The notes below the pieces were generated by a model. That model was not told the DNA's origin. It ran no database searches and was given only the letters and a program-made list of their open reading frames with translations. Positions 12,431 to 23,190 of a DNA stretch of 64,000 nt are shown here, in pieces. A program made the translations under genes and the position numbers. The stretch comes from Camelus dromedarius (lineage: Eukaryota), in NCBI RefSeq assembly GCF_036321535.1, contig NC_087438.1, positions 870,001 to 934,000 on the forward strand. Direction: 5' to 3'. Position 1 is the stretch's first letter, and every line of letters begins with the position of its first letter.

Positions 12431-13399
12431 GCCTGGGGATTTGCTGGTGAACTCCAGTAGGCCCCATTTCCCTTGTCTCTGAAGCCATAAGCCATTCAGT
12501 TGCCAATTGCTCTGACCACAGAAACGAGCCGAGCTGGGAGAGCTGGTGGGCTGGGCGACGGGCTGTGCGGCGGGAGGGGAAGCTGGGTGGAGGGTGCAAA
12601 CTGAAGGACACTCACCTCATCAAAACCAGCAGGGCCCTGGGGACCTGAGTGGCCCAGGAGGGCGGAAGCATCCCGGAGAGTGGACCACAGAAGGGACCAC
12701 AGAAGGGGCGAGTCCGTGGACAGCAGGGCCAGGGAGTCAGGGGTGAGTCTGAAGTTACCTCCTCGGGAGGATGACCAGGGTAAACCTGGAATGGCCACTC
12801 AGCAGTGGGATCAGCAGTCGAGACCAGCCTGTGGTGAGCTGTGGTGTGGACGGGGAGATTTAAGAGCCTCTTTCTGGGAAGCTGTGTGATAGAGGATGGG
12901 GGAGGGGGTTAGGAGCCAGGACAGGCTCTTTAGGGAGGGGCTTGGGCATGAAGGCAAAGAGCCAGCCCTGCAGGGGAGGCTGAAACCCCTGTTGTGGCCC
13001 CATCTCGGTCCTAAAAGATCCTGGGTCAGGCGAAGGGATGGGCTGGGAGTCGGTTGGGGACCGCTCCCCACTGCAGCTGGAGAGGAAGACAGTAGTCACT
13101 GGGTGGGTTACTGCTGAGGCTGAGGGTCCTGAGTGGGTGGGGAAGTCAAGGGCTGTCCCCAGTGGTCTAGAGCTGGCCTGGAGTGGTGAAGGCAGGGCTC
13201 AGCGCCCTGAGTGTGGGTGCCCCACAGAGGAGAGGGCTGGGCTATGGGCTCCGGACTGGCTGGTCTGCATCTGGAAGGTGCGCTCCCGGAGGAGTAACCC
13301 TAAGAGCAGTCCCTCCAGCGTCAGCAAGGCCCCAAGATGTCAGTGAGTCAGGAAATACAGAAAATAAAAAAACATAGTCAATACAGAACACACAGATGC

Positions 13400-13880
13400 T
13401 TTGCAATTTCAAGCATTGTTTTTTCACCAATAGTTATTCTTTCATTTATTTAGGTCTTCTTTTTAATTCTTTGATAGTGTTTAAAATTTTTTTCTACATA
13501 AAGATTTCACATTTTACTAGATTGATTCCTGGATGTGTTGTAATTTTGCAGTGGTAAAATAAAGGAATCTATTTAAAAATTTAAAAAATTTTTATTGAAG
13601 TGTAGTTGATTTATACTGTTAGATTCAGATGTACAGCAAAAAGATCCAGTTATACATATATATATATATATAATTGTTTTTCTTTTCAGATTCTTTTCCA
13701 TTATATGTTATTACAAGAAATTGAATACTGTTCCCTGTGCTCTACAGCAGATCCTTGCTGTCTATTTATTTTATGTAGAGTAGTGTGTATCCGTTAATCC
13801 CAAACGCCTGTTTTATCCCTCTCCCAACCTTTCCCCCAAGGAATTTTTTTAAAGTCACTCTTTCTAATTGTTTGTGGCGC
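13400..13880 (-). mobile_element. Old L1M ORF2 fragment, interrupted by a younger L1
   Basis: AT-rich antisense-L1-like text 'tagattgattcctggatgtgttgtaattttg...' resumes after the insertion as 'ttttaaagtcactctttctaattgtttg'. Confidence 0.6.
13578..13837 (-). mobile_element. Cetartiodactyl-type L1 3' end with an internal (TA)n tract
   Basis: 'tttttattgaagtgtagttgatttatac...ttgaatactgttccctgtgctctacagcag' is the reverse-strand counterpart of the 3' UTR type seen at 49267-49628. TSD aaggaatctatttaaa (13562-13577) / aaggaatttttttaaa (13838-13853). Confidence 0.85.
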
Positions 13881-13884
13881 ATGT

Positions 13885-14078
13885 TAGACGGCGGGGAGGA
13901 GGGGCCCTGGAGGATGCTCCGGCCCCAGGGGGACACGGCCCCAGGATGATGCAGCTGAGTGTCGGACCCCAGCACGTGCAGAGAGCAAGTGTCCAGGAGA
14001 ACCACAGAATCCTGAGAAATAATCGATGGTGTGGTTTCCAGTCGCTGGTGGTGGTACGGTCTGGTAAGTATCAACAGC
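13885..14078 (+). mobile_element. MaLR (MLT1-like) LTR 3' fragment
   Basis: Ends with 'accacagaatcctgagaaataatcgatggtgtggtttccagtcgctggtggtggtacggtctggtaagtatcaaca', similar to the MLT1 3' terminus. Confidence 0.5.
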
Positions 14079-14079
14079 G

Positions 14080-15720
14080 TCTTTCAAAAAGGATGTTTTA
14101 AATTTTGATGAAGTCCAGTTTATCAATATGTTTCTCTTATGAATCATGCTTTTTATATCCTTTTTGGAAGTATTTACCTACACCAAGGTCATTAAGATTT
14201 TCTTATTTCCTAAGTCAGACGGAGAAAGACCAATACTGCATGACATCACGTACTTGCAGAATCTAAAAAACGCAACACAGCTAGTGACTATAACAAAAAG
14301 TAAACAGTCTCACGGTAGAGAACAAACTGGTGGTTACCAGTTGTGTGTGTGGGGGGCGGTGTAGGGGTAGGGGGTTAAGAGGTACAAGCCACGATGTACA
14401 AAATAAATAAGCCAAGGATATATTGTGCAGCACGGGGACTGCGGCCAGTATTTTATAGTAACGGTAAATGGGGTAGAACCTTTGAAAACTGTGAATTACT
14501 GCATGGGACACCTGTACTTTATATAATATTGGACATCAACGATACTTCAGTAAAAAATAATGAGTAAAACAAAAAAGATTTCCTGATTTCAGAAGTTGTA
14601 TAGTTTTAGCTTTTCCATTACAGGTCTGCATTCCATTTCAAGCTAACGCTTGGGGGGGCCTGGAGTGAGGATGGAGGCTGCATGTCCGGCACCGTTTGTC
14701 AGTGTGAACATCCTCGCCCTATTGACTTCCCTCGACAGCTCTGTGATGTGCACATGTGGGTCCGTCTCTGGACCCTGCATGCTGACACCCGTGCTGGTAT
14801 CACACCGCCCTGATTACTGACGCTTTAGGTTAAGCCTTGAAATCAGATAATGTGAATCCTCCAAGTGTTCCTCTGCCAAAACTGCTTCGACCCACGTGGA
14901 GCCTTTCACTTCCCATATAAACTTCAGAATGAATTTGTTAGTATCCCAGAAACACTTGTTGGGATTTCTCATGAGATTGTGTTGAATCTGCTGGTCGGTT
15001 TGGGAAGATCAACCTCTTGGTAACGCGGTTGCCCGTCCCTGAGTGTGGTGCGCATCGCGTTGATCTAGGTTGTCTTCCATTTTCTCAGCAGCATTTTATC
15101 ATTCTTGCTTATCGTCTGCAGGTCTCACCTCTGCTTGTCTAATTCTGCCCTTCATTGTATTATGTTTTGATGCTGTTGTAAATGAGATTGTTTCTATTTC
15201 AGTTTCCAGAGTCTGTTGCTAGTGTCCAGAAGCACAACTGAATTCCGTATGTTTGCGGTGTGTGCTTCGCCCTTGCTAAGTTCATGCATTAATCCTGTAG
15301 CATGTTTGTGGATTTCTTAGGACTCTCCCGACTCACAGCCACGCTACCCGGGGAGGAAGATGGTTTTATTTTTTCCTCCTCATCCCGTGTGCCTTCATGG
15401 CTGTTATCTCCTTGCACTGACTGACACCCGCTGCCCAGTGCTGATCAGGGTGGTGCCTCGTTACCAATTTTAGGGGAAAACATTCAGTCTGGACGTTAGC
15501 TGTGCATTTTCAGAGGCACATTTAGTAAAGTGGAGGACGTTGCCTTCTGTTCCCGGTTTGCTGAGAGTTCTCGTCATCCTGTCAAAGCTCTGTTGTATAG
15601 TTCTTCTCCTTCATTCAGTTAATATGTTGGATTAAATTGGTTGATGTTCCAATCTTAAACCAACCTTGTTTTTCTGGATAAGCCCCAACTTGATCACATA
15701 GAATTATATTTGTTTTTAAC
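14080..15720 (-). mobile_element. Old L1M ORF2 fragment (host of a nested L1)
   Basis: Antisense L1 motifs 'ttttaaattttgatgaagtccagtttatcaat', 'cttcccatataaacttcagaatgaatttg', 'ttttaggggaaaacattcagtc' and 'ctggataagccccaacttgatcac'. Confidence 0.8.
14210..14574 (+). mobile_element. Younger 5'-truncated L1 3' end nested in the older antisense L1M
   Basis: 'taagtcagacggagaaagaccaatactgcatgacatcac...aacgatacttcagtaaaaaa'. TSD aagattttcttatttc (14194-14209) / aagatttcctgatttc (14575-14590), 14/16 identical; the host L1 resumes afterwards. Confidence 0.85.
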
Positions 15721-15759
15721 TATGTCTTTTGTGATTGTTTTTAAAGCTATCATTTAAAA

Positions 15760-17060
15760 ATGAATCATGTTTTTTTGTGTCATATCTCAAGAATCCTGCT
15801 TAACCCAAGGTCACAAATACTTTCACCTATTCTCTTCAAAAAGTTTTATAATTTTATATTGTACATTTAAGTATGTAATCCTTCCTGAGCTACTTTTATA
15901 TGATATTATACATACACACAGAAGGGTTTTACAATTTTTTGCGCATGGCATCTGTGGTTCCGTACCGTTTATTGTAAGCACTACCGTTTCCCCACGGAAC
16001 TGCATGTGCACCTTTGTCAGGAGCCAGCTGACAGCATGCATGTGCTTCTGTTTCCGGGCAGTCTGTCCTGCCCCGTTGATCTGTTTATCCATTTTAGCGC
16101 CCAGCCCGCCCCGCCTTGATCGCGGGAGCCCTACAACACGTCTTGAGGTCGCTTAGTGCTGGTCCTCAGGCTTGGTTTTCCTTTTTGAAAGTCGGTCCAG
16201 CTGTCCCAGGTCCTTTCCATTTCCACGTGCATCTTAGCATCAGCCGTGACTTTCCACAGAAAACCCTTCTGCCATTCTGAGTGGGACTGTGTTGCTCTGG
16301 ATTTCGAATCACTTTGGGAGAAGCGACATCTTAGCAACCTCGAGTCTTGTGGTCCGTCAGCGTGCATGTGTCGCAGCTTGTTAAGGTTTTCTTCGCTTTC
16401 CCTCGGCTCAGGGTGGAAATCTTGAACGCCTTCTGTCGGGTTTATCACAGCGCATTGAGTTTCTGGTGCTGCTGCACGTGACACTTGAGATGTCCGTTCT
16501 GATTGTTCATTGCTCGTGTGTAGGAGGGCATCTCACTTCTCGTGCAGATCTTGTGTCGTGAACTGACCAGGCTCCCTTGTGAGTTCTAGTAGCGCTCTCG
16601 TAAGCTCTGTGTCTTCTAGGCAGAAGACCGTGCTCTCTGCAAATAAAGGCATTTTCACTCCTCCTGTTCTCATGTTCTGACTTGGATCCCTTACTTCTCT
16701 TACTGGCTGGAACCCTGAGTGAGCTGTTGGACAGAAGTGGTGACAGTGGACAGCCCTGCATTTCCCACTTGGGCAAAGCACGTTATCCTTTTCCTTATGC
16801 TGCTGGAGGCTGTGTGCAGACGCTTTAAATGGCGACGTGCCTGCGTATTCGAGCAGGCACAGCGTCCTCTCCTGCAGCGTCCACGTCTGGCTTCGGTGCC
16901 AGCGCAGCGCTGGCCTTTAGGAAGGGCTGTTTAGTTCTTCCGGAGTTTCTGGGCGAGTTTGCGTGGTGCCGGCATCACCTCTTCCTCAAATGTTTGGCGG
17001 GGGTTCCCGTGAAGCCACCTGGTGTCATTTTCTTTCTGGGGCCATTTTAATTCAAATTCA
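15760..17060 (-). mobile_element. Second old L1M ORF2 fragment including a decayed reverse-transcriptase core
   Basis: Minus-strand frames give MQGCPLSPLLSN (L1 RT QGCPLSPLLFN) and, after a frameshift, GVKMPLFAESTVFCLEDTELTRALLEL (EVKLSLFADDMI..LE.P..ST..LLEL). The catalytic FADD has become FAES. Confidence 0.88.
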
Positions 17061-17139
17061 GATTCTTTAATAATCAGAGCGTAGTGCCCGTGAGCCTTTA
17101 ATCGCCCTTTTCTTCCTCCTGGAAGGACGCAAGGCTCGT

Positions 17140-17285
17140 TCTGACTTAGGAGGATCTCACCTTGAGCTTTTACCTTAATTTCACCTGCAAAGACCCTGTT
17201 TCCAAATAAGGTCACATCCGCAGGTACTGGGGAGCGGGACTTGGGCATGTCTTTTTGGGGGGGACACCGTCCAGCCCACTGCAGC
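17140..17285 (-). mobile_element. MaLR MLT1 LTR fragment
   Basis: 'ttaatttcacctgcaaagaccctgtttccaaataaggtcacatccgcaggtactgggg...gggggacaccgtccagcccac' is a diagnostic MLT1 motif. Confidence 0.8.
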
Positions 17286-18939
17286 CCTCACAAATCTTGG
17301 GCAATTTTGGCAGAATCCATGACTAGATGTTAAAGATAAAAGCCAGTGTGTGTCGGCTCCACGTGACCCCTCTGTCCACGGCATCACTCTGTTGAGATCA
17401 GAGCTCAGGGCTCCCTTCCTCGTGGGCTGGGGGTTACCACCTCCGTGGAAGCGGCTCAACCAAGGAGCCCTCTTCCAAAAGCAGCCTAGTGAGTCTGCAA
17501 AGGACGGCTCAGGAACCCGCACGATTCCACCAGCTCTGGGGAGCGAGTTCGTCTGTGGGCCGGCAGCCCCTCTTGCCCTCAGGCTTTGTCTCACGGCAAG
17601 TTCCCCACCATCCTCATTACATTTGCTCGACAGGCCTTTAGGGCAGTCTTCCATACACATCTGGCCTTAAGATGCCCAAGCAACCAGTTTGCTGCAGACT
17701 GTCCCAGTCCTCAGCATCTTCTCCAAAACTGCCCACGCCTGGCCGACCGAGCACCTGCGGGCATCTGCTGTGTGTCTGGTCCTGGGAGCCCCCGGGAGGG
17801 AGGCGTCCAGCTGCAGTGCTCCCGGTGAGCCGGGGGACGGGGCTGCTGGGCCCGTGTTCTGCCCCAGGACCCCCCACCCCCGTGCAGGGAACAACTGCCA
17901 ACGCAGCAGAGGTGACTGTGCAGGCGAATGAGTTTCTAAGATCGTGAAGTATTCCCTGCTGTGCTTTTGTATTCAACTCAGCACTGCTGCAGCTTGGACA
18001 AAAGGAAGAAAATATTGCCTATTTGGGGACTTCAACGTGTCAAAACACAACATCGAAGCAGGTCAACCAGCTAAAAGCCATTGCACACACCTGCGGGGTG
18101 GGTCCTGTGCACAGGAGAGTCACTTCCTCTGCAGTCAGTTTGGTTTCAAGGTGCACACCCAATACAGAAACACAGGGAAGCACTGCTTCATAGACTAAGG
18201 AATGTACACTGATGGTTCCTTGAAACAAAGATAACGCAGACATCTCGGTGTCCCTGAGTGCCCAGTGGAAGTCCTGTTTCTCCGCCTGTGTGAGGGTGAG
18301 GGTGGCTTCTGGCTGGAGGGCCTTCCAGAGCCCTCCCTCCTCCCCAGGCCAGCAGAGGCCGGGGCACTGGCCATGAGGGCATCCAGCTCCATCCAGCGTC
18401 CTGGCCCTTGGGGTGTCGTTGCCGAGCCGGGCTGCCCAGGAGCTGGTGACCCAGCCAACGTCACTCCCAGCCTGGGTCGGTTTGGTGCCCTCAGCACAGG
18501 CTTTTCTCTGGCGACCCCGCGTGGGCCCAGAACTGGCCAGAAGTGGCAGTGTTGTGTGCCCAGGGCAGCAGAAGGTGGCCTTCTCTGGATGGTGGGCACC
18601 GTGGCACCCATCTCCCCTGAGAGCTGGAGCTGGACAAGCCCTGAGCCCAGTGCCCTCAGACCCCTCTCCCTCCTGTGGCCACCTGGGCTCTGCGCGGCGC
18701 CGGGGTCCTTGTCCCTCAGCATCTGGACGCTCAAGGGCATCTCGCTGCTGCCCTCGCCCCTCCTCAGAGCCTTTCTCCTTGGGCTTCCTGGGGCCGGGAG
18801 TCTCCTGCCACCTTCCTGGCCTTGGCGGGTGACGCCTGCTCCCTCATCCACCCCTTGACAGCACCTTCCCCAGGCTCCCCCTCCCCTCCAGGCCTCTTGT
18901 TCCCTCCCTCCCTCCCCTCCTCCTCACTCCGGCGATATA

Positions 18940-18985
18940 GGGCCGTTCTACAGACAGAAAAATTGAGACACAAGAAACAGCGGCC
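18940..18985. mobile_element. MIR core remnant
   Basis: 'ccgttctacagacagaaaaattgagacacaag' resembles MIR 'ccattttacagatgaggaaactgaggcacag'. Confidence 0.4.
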
Positions 18986-19854
18986 GAGATCCTAGTCAGG
19001 ACTGTGAAGGCTGCGGCCGTGACTCTCATGGGCTTTTCCCTCTGCTCGTGTGTCAGGACGGACGGTGTCCTGTGGTCACTCACGGCTGCAGGCTGCCTTC
19101 TCGACACAGGTCTTAGTTTTACAGAGCTTGGACTTGGATTTCAGATAAAACCGTCTTCCTCAGAGACACAGACATTTGACATCAAGTAAGGACGCAGAGA
19201 CTTGACATTGTTTTATATTTTATTTGTAATTTTCGACTCATTTACTTTTCAATGATCATTTAATGTCACCCTCACCACACAGGTGTGTGACGCCGACAGC
19301 GTGCCGGCGATCCACGCCACTGTCCTGGAGACGCAGGTTTAAGGGGCCCCTGGGGATTTAAAGTCTCATCATCCAGGCAGCGCCTCCCTTAGCAGTGTCG
19401 CCTGTCCCACCTTCCTCGGCAGGAAGATGGTTCTCCTCGGCGTGGAGCGCAGTCTGAGACGCTGCTCGTTTCAGGGGGCCTCTGAGCAAACCAAACCGCC
19501 TTAGAAACTCAGAGGCACAGCTCCTTCACGTGCTGGGCTTGCAGAGCAAGTGTTTGCAGGTAAGTTTGCTTCCTAAAATGCCCCCCCAAAAGCACACATA
19601 TGAAAACATGTTCTCAAAGCTGTGCTGTCTTATGAAAAAAATTGCTCGCAGTAACTCATTCCAGTTGACTTTGAGAAATAGTGTGTTGAATTATTTTCAA
19701 CAAATTTGCAAAGAAAAATCTCACTTTTCAGAGGAAAGGCATGTTCCTGAAGGAGGAGATCGACGGTGAGGAGGGGACAGAGGCCAGGCCACATCCTTCC
19801 TCACCTCGTTAGTGACAGAACATGTACATCTCAGAAGGAAGTATTGTCACCCGG

Positions 19855-20245
19855 GATAAAGATGGCATTTCCCAGCCTACCAGCCAGTTAGCTGTACTCA
19901 TGTGACTCAGTTTGGAGCCAGATGGGACACAAGCACAAGATTTGTGGGACTTCTGGGAAGCACCCTTAAGGAGAGGGTGCTTTCCTAGTGGCTGGAAGGT
20001 GAATGTAATGGCTGGAGCTACAGCATCCATCTTGGGCCATGGAACAATTTTCGGAGTGGAAGGCGTGCTACCAGAGCAACCAGAGAGACGGAGCCTGAGT
20101 TCCGGACCTCGTGGAGCGTGGACGGTGCCCCCAAACCTGGGGCTGCCACTGGCCTTCGTGACTGGGAAGAAGTGAGCTTCTAGCTTCAAGTTGTTGCCAC
20201 TTTGGATCTTTCTGCAACTTGCAAGTGAACTTAGTCCTGATGAAA
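19855..20245 (+). mobile_element. Ancient ERVL/MaLR-type solo LTR (LTR16/LTR33/MLT1J-like)
   Basis: Motifs 'gcatttcccagcct...catgtgactcagtttggagcca' and 'gaatgtaatggctggagctacagcatccatcttgggccatg'. Confidence 0.6.
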
Positions 20246-23156
20246 GAACAGGCCGCTAGGGATGCTTGGACTGAAAAAGCAAAGCTCGGGAAGATGTGGT
20301 TTTGATCCTTTGATGTCAGACTAGATTTCGGCACTGGCCGCTGTGTACTGAGACTGCGGAGCCCTTTGAGGTCCCTCTGGCCGTCCCTGCCTCCTGCTTC
20401 CTCTCTCAGCCCCGAGCCGTCCTCGCCCCAGTTTCCGCAGGGCCCCTGGCCCAGCCCCCTCACCCCTTCTCACACTGCTTCACTCCCTGAAGCCCCTGCT
20501 GTCCCTTCAGGAGAGCCCCCCGCCCTCAGTGCTCTGACGCCCCGGGACTTCTTTATTCATTGCGAAGCCTGAGAACGTTGTAAGGCACCAGGAGACGTTT
20601 CTCAAAAGTGTCACCTTTGCTCTAAGCTCTGGGGACATTTTGGTTGTATCATATCATTGTCTGAATAAAAAGAGAGAAGAGACGCATTTGGAGAACTCAA
20701 ACGTTCCTAGACGGTGTAGTGGCATAAATCTGCACACTCGCGATCTGACGAGCCTCGGTGCAGCCAGGGCCGGGGCGCTCGGGGTGGGGATGGGGTTCTG
20801 CCTCCAGCTGGGGGAGGACCCTGCACTGTCACAGGTGGGCCCAGCAGGTGCGTGTGGGGAAGGACCTGCTGGAAAGACCCAGAAGCTGGAAGAAGGAAGC
20901 GGTAACTCCTGCTGGAAGGTCAGGAAGGTGTCCGAGGAGGAGAGGGCATTTGAGAAGGTCTGAAAGGGGTCCAGGAGGAAAGCAGGGAGAGGCGCTGAGA
21001 ACACCACTCCCTCCAGTGGAGGCCTGTCTTGTGAGGCCCAGAGCCAGGCCCAGCGGGGTCGGCTGGGGGTGGGGTCGGTGTGAGCCCCCCGCCCCCTCGC
21101 CTCCCTCTGGGGTGTGATTGCTGGGCACCGGGTCTTCGGCGAGGACTCTTACGCTCGAGGGCAGCGTCGCAGCCCTCACTCAGCCCAGAGCTGAGGGGCA
21201 GCGCGGATGGGCGAGCTGGGCAGTGGGGCCGCGGGCAGCCCTGAGTCCGCTGCTCGCAGCTTGTGCCCGCACGCAAGCCCGTACCTCGTGCAGAGCTGCC
21301 CCGCACGCACAGCTGCACGCACGCCTGCCCTCCTCACGCCCCTCCCCTCCGTGCACGGACGCCCCGGCGGTGGCCGCCCAGGGCTTCACTCGGTACGAGT
21401 GGTTCTTGCTTCAGCAAACAGGGACAATACCCCGCGCGGAAGTGCTTGGTCTCCGGGAGCAGGTGCAGGGAACCACCTGACGCCCCGGCTTCGGGGCGCC
21501 GGTTGCGACAGGACCCTTGTGCACATTTCAGTCCTTAAGTCGATAAGGCTGAGAACTCGCGTTGGGTCAGACGTCTTTTACAAGCCACTTGACCTTAAAG
21601 ACTCGATAAAGAGGGCGTATCCGGTGAAACAGGAGAGGAGAGCAGCCCCGGTGCTTGAGGAAGGACCACGAGGCAGAACTGGGCGCGCCGGCCTCGCGGC
21701 CGGGAGGCTTGCGCAGCCCGACCTGAAGCAGCGTATCTTCCACTTCATCGTGTTTTTCCAACGGTCTCCACTTAGAACGTGCACAGATAACCCCAGGGAA
21801 TCTGCTTATTCTGCATTCGTGTTTTTCAAGCTGGAAAGGAAGTACTTCCACGTGTCCGCGATGCCAGTCCCTTTGGTGAGGGCGAGGTTGCTGCCTGGCA
21901 GTGGTCCGGGCAGTCCCCCTCCCCCCACCCTGGCTCAGAATTAAGGGTTGTCCTGGAAACCCACTGGTAACCAGCGGTGACCCCCCGGCTGGGACGAGCC
22001 AGCACCAGCCCCTAGCCCTTCCTAATCACGCAGCTGCCTTCTGTGACGTGAGGGGCTGAGGCTCAGGAGCTGGGGCTCTGCGATGCCCCTGGGGGGTCCG
22101 CGGCGCCCCGTCCTCGCCTGTGAAGCAGGGGTCAGCTGGGCCTGCCTGGGGGGTGTGTGCGTCTCTGGTGAGTGCAGGCGAGGTGTGTGGAAGGGCGCCA
22201 GGCGCGGCCAGGGCTCCAGAGCCCTCGCAGTCTCGGGGGGGGGGGGGTGGGGGGCGCGTCTTCCCAGGCCGGTGCCCTGTGCACGGACAGGCGGGAACTC
22301 GGGCGGACGAGGGCGCGGCTCTGAGATCTCAGGACAGCCTTCTCTTTGCTGCAGCCGGGAAGCGCAAAGCGTGGGCTGCTTTGTGGAAGCTAGGGCGTTA
22401 GTCGCAGTTCTTTGAGAGCTGGATCCGGGACCGCAAGTGGGGGTTTTTGGAAAGCTGGTGTGATTTCAGCTGGCGACAAGGTGGCCGGGGAGAAAGCACT
22501 GCCAACGCGGCGCACCTAGCAGAGTCCCGACCACCGTGCGCGCCTCAGCCCCTTCGGACAGGCGACTTCCTTCACACTCACACCTGGCCACACGGGTCCT
22601 GCCCTGATGGCGCGGCCCCCAGACCTCACCTCCACGTTCGGGTTTGTCGCCGTTCAGCACGCACGCGCCCCGGACGTGCACCCCGAGCGCGGGTGCACAG
22701 CGACGTGAGCCCAGTGTGCGACGGCGCCCGCGTGCAGACGGGGCGCTGGGAGAGGAGCCTCTGCCCCCCCGGGGTCGCCGGGCCGGGCCAGGCCTTCAGA
22801 CGGCTCGTTTCCGCTCGCAAGCCTGGGTTCTCTATGAAGGGGGTTCATACGATGGCCCGGCTCAAGGGTTACTGCAGGCAGCATCTTGGTGTCGAACTTC
22901 AGCAAAAGCGGGGCTTGCAGAAAGCTCTTAAGACACGGCCACCGTCAGCATCGGCACGACAAGCACGAACGACCTTCCCCACCGACACGTGGAGTCCAGC
23001 TGCTTGTCACGCTCTGCGCCCGCCGGGGGGCTTCCTTCCCTGTCTCATGGCGTCTAAAGCCTGGCCTGAGCCTGGGTCAGGACCTGCTCAGGGTTCATGA
23101 CCGGTGGCCCGTCCGCACCGCAGCCTCTCGGGGGCGAGCTGGGCTGATGTTCTGCA

Positions 23157-23157
23157 G

Positions 23158-23189
<32 letters not shown>
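23157..23189. repeat. (GTT)11 microsatellite
   Basis: Perfect trinucleotide run read directly. Confidence 0.97.

Positions 23190-23190
<1 letters not shown>

Noticed and set aside
16507..16781. Reverse-transcriptase-like peptides as a retron, DGR or active element
   Set aside because: This is a frameshifted L1 ORF2 relic with the catalytic DD lost (FAES), in a mammalian context.
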